Notes under the pieces: generated by a model
Told to the model about the DNA's origin: nothing
The model's input: the letters and a program-made list of their open reading frames with translations, nothing else
The model's database searches: none
Shown: positions 49,518-62,449 of the stretch, one piece after another
How positions within the stretch are numbered: the first letter of the stretch is position 1
How the letters are laid out: every line of letters begins with the position of its first letter
DNA from: Piromyces finnis finn
Lineage: Eukaryota; Fungi; Neocallimastigomycota
Reading direction: 5' to 3'
Length of the DNA stretch: 64,000 bases
Assembly (NCBI GenBank): GCA_002104945.1
Contig: MCFH01000052.1
Coordinates: 1-64,000, forward strand
Translations under genes and position numbers: made by a program

Positions 49518-49851
49518 AATTATAAATGACTTTTCCTTAAACTCGTGTTATATTTAATGATTATAAAGTCATTATTTGTGAATAATTATTTTATAATTTA
49601 ATTTTATAATTTCCATTATAAATTATTTGTGAATAATTATTTTATAATTTAATTTTATAATTTCCTTCTGAATCAAATGAACCAAGAGATAGTTACACAA
49701 ACTTTAATAAATATAAAATTTTAATAATTATAAAATAATAAGATCTCTTGCCTATTATTTAACACTGCTTTATAATAAAATGTTCCTAATTAATTAAACA
49801 AATAAAACATTATTTAAATAAATGATCATGAATCCATTAATATTCACGACA
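49518..49851 (-). repeat. Partial LTR family B ending 64 nt upstream of tRNA-Ile
   Basis: Reverse complement of the first ~290 bp of 43996-44599; terminus ..TATTCACGACA at 49851. Confidence 0.8.
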
Positions 49852-49915
49852 CCTAACCCATTAATATTAAATAATTTGTATTTAAGATTGGTTGTTAACA
49901 AAAAATTTTTGACCA

Positions 49916-50008
49916 GCTCGTGTAGCCTAGAGGTTTAAGGCGTCGTGCTTATAAGGGTGATCCTCTTATGCAACGCGAAGATCGCGGGTTCGACCCCCGC
50001 CATGAGCA
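49916..50008 (+). tRNA. trnI-UAU: tRNA-Ile(TAT) with 19-nt intron, identical to 6417-6509
   Basis: 93/93 nt identical, intron included. About 55 nt upstream and 80 nt downstream are also similar. Confidence 0.97.
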
Positions 50009-50091
50009 ATTAACTTTTGTTTTAACTTTTTTATTTTATATTATTAAATTAATATTATCAATTAAAGAATAAGAATTTAATATATAATTAA

Positions 50092-50166
<75 letters not shown>

Positions 50167-50212
50167 GATAATAATAATAATAATAATAATACTGATAATA
50201 ATAATAATACTG

Positions 50213-50250
<38 letters not shown>

Positions 50251-50293
50251 GATAATAATAATAATACTGATAATAATAATAATAATAATAATA
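50092..50293. repeat. (AAT)n microsatellite with recurrent ACTGAT interruptions
   Basis: Direct reading of the sequence. Confidence 0.95.
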
Positions 50294-50694
50294 AAAAACT
50301 AATCTCACGAGTGAGTTGTTTAATTAGTTTTGTTAGGCAAGAAATAAAAAATTCATTTTTAAAGATAAAATAATAATAATAATAATAATTTTTTTTTTCA
50401 TCTCTTTTTATTATCCATTATTATTAATCAAGGTTTGTTGACTATTAATTTTGATTTATTATCATTATCCATTATAATAAATCTTGATTTTACAAAGAAA
50501 CAGTTTTTAATTGTTTATTCTATTTTTTTTTTTTTCTTCTTCTATTATTATTTTAAATAATAATTTAAAGAGGAGAGCCTAATCTATTCATGTCATATTT
50601 TAAAAAAAAAAAAAAAATTGTTTAATACTACAATAAATAATTTTATTCCTCTGATAAATTTTGAATTTCCCAATTGAATATTTCCTTAACACTG

Positions 50695-50727
<33 letters not shown>

Positions 50728-52819
50728 AAAAAACAATTTTTTTTTTTTCAACGTTAGCCCTGATCAACTTGAACGGCTAATGATGATTAATACTTTCATT
50801 CCATTCAAAAATCTTTTATTTTTATTCTCAGAACAACAACACTTTTTTTTTTTTTTCTTCCCTACACACTTTATATATTTTTAAATATTTGCTTTTTTTA
50901 TTTATTTTATTATTATTATTTTTTTTAAATATTGTATTAATCCTTTTTTTTTTTTTTTTTTTCCTTAATAAATATAGAATTTATATAATAATTACTTTTT
51001 TTTTTTTTAAACTTTAAAAATATTCATAAATAGTTTTGTTAATGTAATTTAAAAAAGTGAAAAAAAAAAAAAATTTAAATCAATTTTTTTTTTTTTTTTT
51101 TGATATTTTTAATTCAAAATATTATTTAAAATTTCTGTGGTATTTTTTTTTTTCCTTTGAAATGAGAATAATAGAATAAATTAAAATAAAGACTATTTTT
51201 ATAATTTAAAATTTCAATTAATATTATATAAAACTATAGTTTAAAATTTTTTCTCATAATATATAGCGGTAGTTTTTGGTTTATATATACATCTTATAAA
51301 ATATATATATTATTAAAAAGTACATAGTACCAGAGTCTGAAATGAAAGAAAATGTTGATTATAAAAATTAAAACTCAATACCTTAGAAAAATCAAATAAT
51401 CTTTTTAAATATCAGATGCGCATTTTTTTTTTTAAATTCTGATTTATGTTTATAAAAGAAAAATAAAAATAAGAAAAAAAGGAATAAAGAAAAACCTATC
51501 ATTTTATTTCTTTTCCTTTTTTTTAACTTATCCTTACTAGATTTTTCTAACTTTGAGTCTTAATTGCAAAAAATATAGAGACTATTTTTTGAAATAAAAT
51601 AAAGGGAATTAAGGGAATTTCACCATTCTCCGGTTTCCATATGTCTCTTTCTCTTAAAATACATGATACATAGTATACCTGACATGCATTTTTTTTTTTT
51701 TTGCTCTATATTATATTAAATATCTATTTTCATATTTTTTTTCTTTTAATTTTATTTTTAGTTTTATATATATTTTAATTTGATTTCTTTTAGTGTTTTA
51801 TAATTTTTCAATGTATATCTTTTTTAATTTTCTATTGGTAATGGGGGGTATCAAATAATGTTGATAATATATAAAAGGATAAAAGTGATTAGTAATGGAT
51901 AAAGAAATTTTAAATTATAATATTTTTTTCTTTTTTAAAAATTAAACTATTTAAAATAATAATAATAAAAAAAAATAATAATAAAATAAATATTTAAAAA
52001 ACAACTTTTTTTTTTTAAAAATATGAATTATATATACGAAAAATTTAAAATGGATTTAAAATAAATTTATATAGATATACAAGAATTTTATAATGTCTAT
52101 CCATTCATATAATCTATATATAAATTTATTTTAATATCAAACTATGGGTAATTTGATGATTACTACTCTAATATTAAAATAATAGTAGAATTAGAAATTT
52201 ACCTATAATCTCTTTTCATTTTAATAAATGCGTGTTTTCTTTTTAAATATTCCGATTTCTTGGAAGGTATTATTAGTTTATAATAAATATAGGGTATGGG
52301 TATATCATTTTTTTTTAAAAATTCATTTAATATAACTTTAAAAGTTTTTTTTTTTCGTTACTATAAAACGAAATTGTCATATAACGTCTGGATATTAAAA
52401 ATTAAAGTTATTTCCATGATATAATATTACTATAAACTAATTTTTTTTTTTACCATTTCTTCTTAATTTCAAATATTTGTATTTTAACATTAATACAATG
52501 AAATTAGTATTATAAAATAAATAGGTAGGTAGATATAAAATAAAAATATTTCATTCATTTGTATTAAAAATATTTTTTTTAAAAAATAAATTTTTGATTT
52601 TTTTCGTTTTTGAATTTTTTCTTTTGATATTTTTCTCAAATCCCATTTTAAAATATATAAATATAATTTGATTTTTAAAATACTACTAAATTAATTTTCA
52701 TTTCTATAGGGGTTGGGTATTTAATTCTTTTTTTTTTTTTTTTAAAAAAAAAAGATATTTTTTTTAAAAATAAAAACTTTTCTTGTAAGTTATTTTTTTT
52801 TCTTACAGATAAAGCTTAT

Positions 52820-53869
52820 TTAGATATTTTGATTGATTAAATCAACTCTGTAACTATTTCCATCCCAGAATTCTGCATCAACATGTTGGACTACTATTCT
52901 TTTTCCCTTAAAGAATCTTTTCTTTTCCATCATATATTTCTTGGCTTCTTCAGCGTAAGCTGGTAAAATATAAACTAAAGAAAGATGACCTGGACCATCA
53001 TATGGAATCTTTCCTTGAGTTTCTTGAGAAGCTTTTTCACGTAAAGCTCTTAATGTACCATCCTTATCACCAACAGCAATACCAATACAATGAATACCTT
53101 GAATTTCACGAATTCTATCAACTCTTGAGAAGAATAATTCACCAAATCTTTTTTTATTTATTATTTTATTTTTATTAAAAAACATCAAGACAAAAACAAA
53201 ACAATTAATATTTAATTTTTACATTTTATCTATTGTTCTTTTTTTTTTTTTAATATTTTTTAACTATTTTTAATTAATAAATACCTAATAGAGAAAGCTG
53301 GAGTTGATCCAAGTAAAGATTCAAGATTTTGAATAACTTGTTCTTGTTTTCTAGCTGGAAGATTTAATAAGAAAGTAATATTTGTACTAGTATTATCTTC
53401 AGAACTTTCACTTAAAGGTCTTCCATAGTAATCACACTTTTTTTTTTTTTTTTAAAAAAAAATAAATTAGATTTGATTTGGTAAAGTTTAACAAATTTTA
53501 TTATTATACATTTTATCTATTATCTATTTATTATTATTATTATTATTCATTATTATTATTACTCTAATTATTACTATTGTAGTGATTATGTCAATACAAA
53601 ATAAACAAACATTTTCATATATATATTTAAAAAGAGAGTTATTTGTTTATACATTTTTTTTTTTTATAAATGTTTTGTTTATTTTAGTTCAACTCTAACA
53701 ATAAAAAAGTATTCCTTTATTCGTTTTTTTTTATAATAATAATAATAGGAAGGAATAGGTAACTTTTTATTTTATTTACCTGCCATTCTCTTGGAATATT
53801 TTTCTTAAAATTAATAATATCATTTTTAAGTTCACCAGTTAAAGGAATGTAAGCCCAGTTTGATGGCAT
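52820..53869 (-). CDS. 3-exon gene, 189 aa, 2H-phosphoesterase (LigT / cyclic phosphodiesterase)-like
   Basis: Exons 53869-53780, 53436-53285 and 53147-52820 with GT-AG introns give an open 570-nt frame (MPSNWAYIPL..). Motif GHLSLVY at H135 and NITF at N49, spaced like the two HxS/T motifs of the 2H fold. Confidence 0.7.
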
Positions 53870-56280
53870 TTTTTGTATTTTATATTTAAGTAGTTATTTT
53901 AAAATGGTTTTTTTACTTTTTTTTACTTTTTATTTTATTTCAATATTTAATGAGTGAAGAAATAGTAACGACACCTTCTTCTTCCTTTTTTTAAAAGTGT
54001 TTTTAAAAAAAAAAGAAAAAGAAAAAAAAGAAAACTTTTTTTTTTTTTTAAATTATTAATGATGATACAAAAAAAAAAAAAAATTTTTTTAAATTAAATT
54101 TTTATTCATTAAATTCATAGAATAAATTTTAAATAAATAATAATTAATTATAATAAATGAAATTATTATAATAGAATAGAATGGTCCATAAATAAAAATA
54201 TATTAAAAATAGCTTCATTTTGTAATAAATAAATGGATGAATAACTATATAAATAAATAAATTTTAAAAACAAAGTTTTATTTTGGGTATGACAAAAATC
54301 AATAAATGTATAAACAATAAATTAAATAATTTATTACAATGCATTCTAATATATATTAAATTAAATTAATAATTTATATTAACAATAGTAAAAAGAATCA
54401 TTTTTAGTCAAGGTAACACCACAATTTATTTACATATTTATTTATTTACTATAATAAATTTATTTAAACTATTAGTATTTATTCATTAATATTTTATTTA
54501 CCAGCAAGAAGAAAGCGTAACTAACAAAAAAAAAAATAAAATAGAAAAAAGCAATGATACGGAATCAAAAGATTTTTATTATAACAACATATAATTCTTT
54601 ACAGAGTCATATTCATATTCATATTCCCATTAGATCTTTTTTTTTTTAATCATGATGATACCGTGTAATCCTTACTTTTTATGAATGATTTAAATAAAAC
54701 ATCATCCATAGGATCACGACAAAAAAAGTTTATTCAACTTTCATTAATAACATTTCATTGTTGTAAAAGCAAACCATTATTCTTGATAAAATGAACCAAA
54801 AAAAGTTTTTACATGAAAACAATCATGGAATGCACCTTGAAAGTGATCATAAATCCATAAATGCACCATGAAAACAATCATGAAAACAAATCAACCACAA
54901 GTTTTGTGGTTACTACCATCCTTTTTCTTGCCTGTTTTTTTTGGTAAATTTCTCTTTTAAAGAGAAAATGGCTTTTAAAAATTGATGATGGATGAAATTT
55001 TTTTTTATTTTTTATTATTAAATAAAATTATAAAATTATATTAAATTAAAATTTAATTATTTAATAAATGAATTATATATATTAAATAAACTTTATAATA
55101 TATAAAGTTTATGAGTAATCAAATAAAAAATACAAAAAAAAACATATTTTTCATTTAAATTAATATATTATAAATCAATGAATAGTTTATTTAATAATAT
55201 ATTACTTGTATTGAAATACATAAATTAATAATTATTTAACTTTTATAAAAAATTTCCATTTTTGATAGCATCATCAAGATAAAGTTCTCTACATTAATGA
55301 GTGAATGAATACTTATAAAATAAATAAATTTCTATAAATTAACAAGGAAATAAATAAAGTCTTCTTCATTAATAAATAAATGAATAACTATAAAATAAAT
55401 ATTTTTTTCTACATTATTATATTTTTCTATCAATATAATTACATAATGTACTACAATATAATACAATACATTAACATAATACATTAACATAATACATTAA
55501 TACAATACATTAATATTACTTTTTAGAAGAAAAAAAAGGACAAAAAGAGAGAAGGGGGGTATAAGATATTTATTAAATATTATAATTATCAAGAGATAAG
55601 GAATGGAATAATATTAAAATGTTTATTTTCATTATAACAATACCCACTCTCAATTCTTATGAACAATCACGTAGGAACAATCAAACATTTTTTAAAGAAT
55701 AAGAAATATAAAGAATAGGGAGGTATATTTAATGAAAAATAAAGTAAATTAATAACACTGTTTCATCCTATAAAAAAGTATGGTATAGGATTATTTAAAT
55801 TCATCTTTAATAGGAATATCAACAACAACGGCAACTGCAACAACATTATTTAAAATAAGAAAAAAAAAAAGAATCCTAAATTAAAACAAAACACTAGATT
55901 TCATTACAAACTTTGTAATTATTTGGAAATGATTTTTTTTTTTTTTTTTTTTTTATATCTTTTCTTAAAGCATAAAAACTTAATTTATTTTTTATACAAT
56001 ATAATCGGAATAAATATACCTATAATGTCAATAATATCATTGATACATAAATGTATATATATATTGTTTTCTTTAAAAAAAAAATATTAATAAAAGTACT
56101 ATAGTAAAATTATCAATTTCGGTATTTCTTGCTTTTTTTTTTAGAAAAGTTAAATTAGAATTGAATTAACGACAATATTTTTAATTTGATGTTTTGGTTA
56201 TTATTATTATTATTATTGTTGTTGTTTTATTGTTTATAAACAAATACCGATAAAATCCTTTTTATTAGAACGAATCTATT

Positions 56281-56903
56281 TTATTGTATTTTTTCTCTTC
56301 TTGCAATTTCTCTTCTACATATTGGACAATAATGAACAACATCTTTCAAATCTTCAATACAAAATGGAATACAACATAAAAATGTAAACAAGAAAAGAAT
56401 GATACATAAACACCATATAAGAACATTATCTTCATATTGAACTGACGTATTTACAGTTTTTTTACAATTTGGACAGTACATTTTTGTAGGATGTCTTGGA
56501 ATTTCATTTGGACCTACACTGTATTTTATTTAAAAAATAAATATATTATTAGTTATTTTTTTTTTTTTAAAGGGTATGAATATACTTTTTTTTTTTTATT
56601 AAAAAATAATAAAAAATAAAATAATATTTACATTATGTAAATTGGTTGTTGTTGTTGCTGATTATCTAATATATCACTTTTTTTATTGGATTCATTAAAT
56701 GTTGACATTATGGTTTGTTGGTAGGTAGGTGGTGGTTGAATAGGCATGCTTGGATTAATTTGAGGCATAGAGATATTTCCTTGTGATGGTTGTTCATTTG
56801 GTGGATAAATATTAATTGCATATTCTTGAGCATTTACTGGTTGTACTATATTTTGATTCATAGCAGGAGAACTTGGAACATTATTATTGTTTTCGTTATT
56901 CAT
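56281..56903 (-). CDS. 2-exon LITAF-domain protein, 169 aa
   Basis: Exons 56903-56632 and 56518-56281 (GT-AG, in frame). Pro/Gln-rich N-terminus, then CPNC - hydrophobic stretch - HYCPIC zinc motif typical of LITAF/SIMPLE. Confidence 0.9.
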
Positions 56904-57856
56904 TTTTATATAGCTTTATTTTCTGTATTAAAAAGTATTTAATTTATTCTTTTTTTTTTATAATTTCTATTGTTGTTGTTGATGTTGTTGTTTTTGTTGT
57001 TGTTTTTGTTGTTGTTATTGTTACTGAATATATAAAAATTATCTTTTTTTTTTTAAATATAAATTTGCTCCCTTTTTTTTAAAGGATTACTTTAATTTCG
57101 TTTTTTTTTTTCAAAAATTTTAAATAATAAAGTGAAATTTTTTTAATTATATCTATTTCAAATTCTAACCCTTACACTATATTAAATTTAATTTATTTTG
57201 TATTTCACAAATCAAACTTTAATTACTATTATTTTTAAAATATTAAATTTAATTTTAAACCAATAAAATTAATGCTTCGACTGCCTTTTATTCTTTAAAA
57301 AAGGCAGTAGAAGTTTTTTTAAAAAAAGTTAACTTGAAAAACAAACATTTTAAATAGAATGATAATAAAAAAAAAAAAAGTGTTTATTGATACTTTTTTA
57401 TTTAATATTTAATTTATAACAATTGCTTAGACTCTTGATGTTAAAATTACATTTTCAAACTTTTACTTTTTTTTTTTTTTCTACAATAGACAATGTAGTT
57501 ATACTTTTTTTTTTTTCTACAAATGAATAATAGACATTTTAGTTTATTATTGTTTAATTAATTTATTAATTTATCGTCAATTTTTAATAATATTTAATAA
57601 AGAAAAGATAAAAAAAAAAAAGTATGGAAAGAAATAGATATATACGATAGAATTATGGTATAGTCATTAGGTAGGATAGTATAGTGTTAAAACATAATAT
57701 ATATATATATATGTATGAATGAGATATAATACTTTTATGAATATTGTAAGGATTATATATACTTTGTAATAAGGAGAAAATAATTTTTTTTTTTTTTTTT
57801 TTTTTTTAGATAAATCATTGTTTTTTTTTTTTTCCTTCCTTTTTGTCCCGTCTTTA

Positions 57857-60800
57857 TTACAAGGCAATAGAAAGTGCGGAAATACCGGTATTAACAATGG
57901 GGGCGGCTGTATTCATAATTTTTTCTTTTTTAAGCTCTTTACTTCTATTTTCGAGAAGGGTTACAATTTCTGAATGATTATTTAATTTTGCTAATTCTTT
58001 TGCTTTTTTACCTTTTAGATGTTCTTGTTCATCCAATCCATCACGCGTACGTTCATTAATATTAACTTCATGAAGAATTAATGCTTCAACAATATCCGTA
58101 TCCCCTTTATAACTTGCCCAATGAAGCGCTGTCCAGCCATGTCGATCAAGATATTCTAATCCAATTTTATTTGATTTAATGATATTTAATGCATTGGTGG
58201 TACGATTCATTTTAATTTCATGAATTAATAATTCATACTTTTCCTGATACCCTTTCCATTTAATGTAGTATCGATGAAGTAGATGACAAAGATGATCATT
58301 CTTACTGGCTATGGCTATATCCAGTGGAGTTTTACCCTTTTTATTAACCTTATCAAGATTGGGTTGATAGGTGAATAGTAGGGTGACTAAACTGGTATAG
58401 TTATGTTGAACGGCATAGTGAAGCGGTGTCCAGCCTTCAAAGGTTTTGGCATTAATATTGGCACCATGGTCAAGTAGTAGTCTGGCAATCGTTTTATTAT
58501 TGGTTTCACAGGCAAAATGAAGTGGCGTTTTTTGTTCATGGGTGGTGGCATCAATGAAGGCTCCATTCTCTATTAATAATTTAACCGTATAAATTTGCCC
58601 TTGTTGACTGGCTAAATGAAGTGGGGTGAAGCCTTTCTTGTTTTTGAAATTCATCATGATATCGTATCGAAGCATCATTTGAACAAATTGTGTACGTCCA
58701 TACTCACTCGCTAAATGAAGTGGGGTGTTGTAGGCGTGATCCACTTCATTTAAATCTAAATAGTCATTTCGGATAAGCGAACGAGCTATGGCGTATTCAT
58801 TACGTTGGGTAAGAATGTGGAAAAGGGTCATTCCTTCTTGATTTTTTGAATTAATGTCAAACATCCCTTTCTTTAATAAAAGATGGATCATTCTCACGTT
58901 TTTATTCTTTGCGGCCATTTGAAATAATTCATTTTCATTTTCGGTATCTAAATCATAACTTGCACCATGATCTAGTAACGCTTCAACCACCGTATAATGA
59001 TTATAATAACAGGCAACATGAAGTGCTGTAATGCTATGGTCATTCGCTTCACTAATATCGGCCTTATTTTTAAGTAGTAAAAGGACCATGTCTAAATGCC
59101 CATTTCTACTGGCAAAGTATAATGGGGTATAACCGTGACATTTAAGGTTAACGTCAAATCCTTGTTCCAAAAGATACGTTGCAATCTCTAACCGATTAAA
59201 ATAGGCTGCAATATGAAGGACGGACCAACCATCCTGAGTTTCTTCCGAAATATCTTCTTCTTCTTCTTCTTCTTCTTGTCGTTCCACGATTTCTTTTAAT
59301 TTCTCTATATTACCATTGCGACAATACAAATGAATTTCCTTCCAATCCGGTTGACGTTGAATATCCTTATCACTACTGATGTCATAGGTTTTACGTTTGA
59401 AATTCTTGATCATCATTTCTATCTCCGTGAATTCCATATCATGGGCAATACCTAAGGCATATCGACCTTGTTGATCTTTTAAATCTAAATTAGCCCCTTC
59501 TTCCATTAACAACTTTACCACATCCTCTTGGCCATTTTCACAGGCATACATTAATGCTGTACGATCATTCGTATCACTAAAATCAAGGTCAGCAGAGTGT
59601 TTAATAAGATATTCCACTATATTCTCATACCCGTATTGAGAGGCATACATTAAGGCGGTACAACCATTCATATTGGCGGTATTAACGTCTACTCCTTTTT
59701 CAATTAAAATTTTGACTGTACGAAAACGATGGTAGCAACAAGCTAGAATAAGGGCGGATAGCTCTTGATTCACTAGAATGTGAATGTCTGCTCCTTGATC
59801 CATTAAATATTCACTGATATCTTCAAAACCTTTATCAATAGATATCGTTAAGGATGTCCATCCATCAATATCCTTAGCATTAATTTCAGCACCATGTTCA
59901 ATTAAATAGATAACAATTTCTTTGTGACCGTTATAACATGCTAACATAAGCGCCGTCCATTCTTTTGTATTTTTGGCATTGATATCGATCTCTCGTGTAA
60001 CTAAATATTCCACTACACTCTTGTACCCTTTTTTACAAGCAAGCATTAACGCCGTATTAAACTCATTATCTCTCAAATCAATACTGGCTCCCATTTTGTC
60101 TAATAATTGGAGAATTTCTTTATGCCCATTTTTAGCTGCCGATAAAAAAGCCGTGCAATTATTCATATCTTTGGCATTTACATTAATATCTTTATTGAGA
60201 AAAAGCTCGACTATACTTTTATGTCCATTTTGACTGGCATATATAAACGCTTTCTTACTATTCTCATCCTCAACATTAAAATCCGCATCTATTTTAATTA
60301 AATATTCTGCAATGGCTTCTTGACCATTGATACATGCAATGGTTAAGGCATTATTTTCATCCTTATTTTTGGCTTTGGCATCAGCTCCATTTTCTATTAA
60401 ATAAGTTACTATGGACCAACTTCCGAGTTTACTTGCTATCATTAATGCATTCCAACCCTCCTTATTTTGATAGTTTACATCCAATCCTTTTTCCACCAAA
60501 AATCTGACTAATTTTAAATTATTATACAAGGTTGAGACAATCAAGGCATTATTTCCATTATTATCAACGGTATTCATATCCGCTTTATACATTAATAAAT
60601 AATCGATACAGGACTGCGCTTGATATACACAGGCATAGATAAATGCCGTATTGCCTGCTTTATTTTTGTGATCCACTTCTGCTCCCTTCTCTAGTAAAAG
60701 TTTTACAACTTCGTAGGAACCATTTTGACATGCTAAAATTAAACCAGTGTTACCTTCATTGTCTTCAAGGTTAACATTGGCTTCTTTGTAGATTAAAAAA

Positions 60801-61321
60801 TCAATAAGAAATCGATTATTTTCTTTACAAAAATATATTAGGGCTGTTGAATTTTTGTTATCCTGATGGTCAATATCCGCACCTAGTTCAATTAATTTTT
60901 TGGCAATTTCTGATTGATTTTTTGAGCTAGCTAAAGTTAGCGCACTACAATTTTGGTTATTTTTACTATCAATCTTTTCCATTCTTTCTATTAAATAGTT
61001 TGCAATGTCAAAATGATCATCTTGTAGGGCTAACATTAAGGCTGTATTTCCTGCTTCATTTTGAACATAGACATTAGCCTGATGTTCAATAAGAAATTTC
61101 ACTATATTAAAATGTCCTTCTTGACTGGCAATTAATAAACCTGTCTCTCCTTTCTCATTAACGATTTCAATGTCAAAATTGTTTTTGATAAAGTCTTGAA
61201 CAACTAAAAAATTATCTTCTTTAATAGCATTAAACCATACTATTTTTTCATCCAAATTTTTTATTTGATTCTCTCTTGCTTTTTTGTTTAATTCTACTAA
61301 ATTTAAAATATACGTTAACAT
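57857..61321 (-). CDS. Intronless ankyrin-repeat protein, 1154 aa (more than 20 repeats)
   Basis: Recurrent G.TAL..A...G/TPLH.A motifs throughout, in two blocks separated by an acidic linker EEEEEEED. Confidence 0.93.
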   Translation of the reverse strand: MLTYILNLVELNKKARENQIKNLDEKIVWFNAIKEDNFLVVQDFIKNNFDIEIVNEKGETGLLIASQEGHFNIVKFLIEHQANVYVQNEAGNTALMLALQDDHFDIANYLIERMEKIDSKNNQNCSALTLASSKNQSEIAKKLIELGADIDHQDNKNSTALIYFCKENNRFLIDFLIYKEANVNLEDNEGNTGLILACQNGSYEVVKLLLEKGAEVDHKNKAGNTAFIYACVYQAQSCIDYLLMYKADMNTVDNNGNNALIVSTLYNNLKLVRFLVEKGLDVNYQNKEGWNALMIASKLGSWSIVTYLIENGADAKAKNKDENNALTIACINGQEAIAEYLIKIDADFNVEDENSKKAFIYASQNGHKSIVELFLNKDINVNAKDMNNCTAFLSAAKNGHKEILQLLDKMGASIDLRDNEFNTALMLACKKGYKSVVEYLVTREIDINAKNTKEWTALMLACYNGHKEIVIYLIEHGAEINAKDIDGWTSLTISIDKGFEDISEYLMDQGADIHILVNQELSALILACCYHRFRTVKILIEKGVDVNTANMNGCTALMYASQYGYENIVEYLIKHSADLDFSDTNDRTALMYACENGQEDVVKLLMEEGANLDLKDQQGRYALGIAHDMEFTEIEMMIKNFKRKTYDISSDKDIQRQPDWKEIHLYCRNGNIEKLKEIVERQEEEEEEEDISEETQDGWSVLHIAAYFNRLEIATYLLEQGFDVNLKCHGYTPLYFASRNGHLDMVLLLLKNKADISEANDHSITALHVACYYNHYTVVEALLDHGASYDLDTENENELFQMAAKNKNVRMIHLLLKKGMFDINSKNQEGMTLFHILTQRNEYAIARSLIRNDYLDLNEVDHAYNTPLHLASEYGRTQFVQMMLRYDIMMNFKNKKGFTPLHLASQQGQIYTVKLLIENGAFIDATTHEQKTPLHFACETNNKTIARLLLDHGANINAKTFEGWTPLHYAVQHNYTSLVTLLFTYQPNLDKVNKKGKTPLDIAIASKNDHLCHLLHRYYIKWKGYQEKYELLIHEIKMNRTTNALNIIKSNKIGLEYLDRHGWTALHWASYKGDTDIVEALILHEVNINERTRDGLDEQEHLKGKKAKELAKLNNHSEIVTLLENRSKELKKEKIMNTAAPIVNTGISALSIAL

Positions 61322-62334
61322 TTTTTTTTTTTTTTTTTTAACAATTAATTTATTAATTATAATATTTGTAATTGAAATTGAAAATTTATGTGTGTGTGGT
61401 TATTTTTAAATTGAAATTAATTAAATATTTCGATAAAAAGTAAATACATAAATAAAAGTTGATAATCAATCAATTCTGGATGATAATAAAAGTTGTTTAT
61501 ATATATTGGATATATTGGATATTGGTATGCTTATATTATTAATTTATTATTAGATTAGTTTTGTTTATAACAATTTATGATTATAAATATTAATGAATTT
61601 AATGAATTGGAACTTTAATTGTTAAAAGAAATGGTTGAATGAAATTTTAAAGTATCTTTTATATGATGATTTCTTTTCTTCTTCTTCTTCTTCTTCTTCT
61701 TTTTTTTTTTTTTGCAGTCAATAAGTTAATCTTTATATTAAAGCTTTTATATTTATCGAAATAATTATTGGATATTTGGTTAATGTAATTTACAAATGTT
61801 AATTTGAAATTTTATAAAATTCTCATTTTTTTTATATTTATTGAAAAGATAGTCTTTCTTAGTTATAATTAAAATGAATCCTGGTATAAATAAATATTTA
61901 AATTTATTAGATTTTATTTCTTTTTAAAGTATTAATAACAACAGTAATAATAACAATAACAAATACTAATAGGACTAATAGGTATATTTATATTTATTTA
62001 AACATTTATAAATTGGTGAATTTGTATTTTATTTATTTATTTATTTATTTATTTTTTTTTCTCTTTTGATTTTAGGCAGGTAAATTTAATAAATTTAAAA
62101 GAAAATTCGATGAAAAAAAAAAAAAAAAAAAAAATATATTTTATTCATAAAATTAAAATTAAAATTAAAATACAAAAATTAAAAGTGTTGCTTAAAGTTG
62201 GTTGAATACTTGTTATTAATTGTTAATATCTACTTATAATAATAAGTACAGTAATTTTCAAAGTTTATTTTTTTATTTCTTTTTTTTAAAAAAAAGAAAA
62301 GACTAATAATTTTATTTTATATCGCGATAGCTTT

Positions 62335-62449
62335 ACATTTATTACTACTAATGGAGATTGGTATCATTGTCAATGAATTGTTTTCATACATTTATTACTA
62401 CTATTGGAGATTGATATCATTGTCAATGAATTGTTTTCATACATTTATT
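62335..62449. repeat. 53-bp tandem duplication
   Basis: ACATTTATT starts at 62335, 62388 and 62441. The two units differ at 2 positions. Confidence 0.9.

Noticed and set aside
54640-54960. Slightly GC-richer stretch as a possible gene or transposase relic
   Set aside because: No sustained open frame or recognisable motif on either strand.
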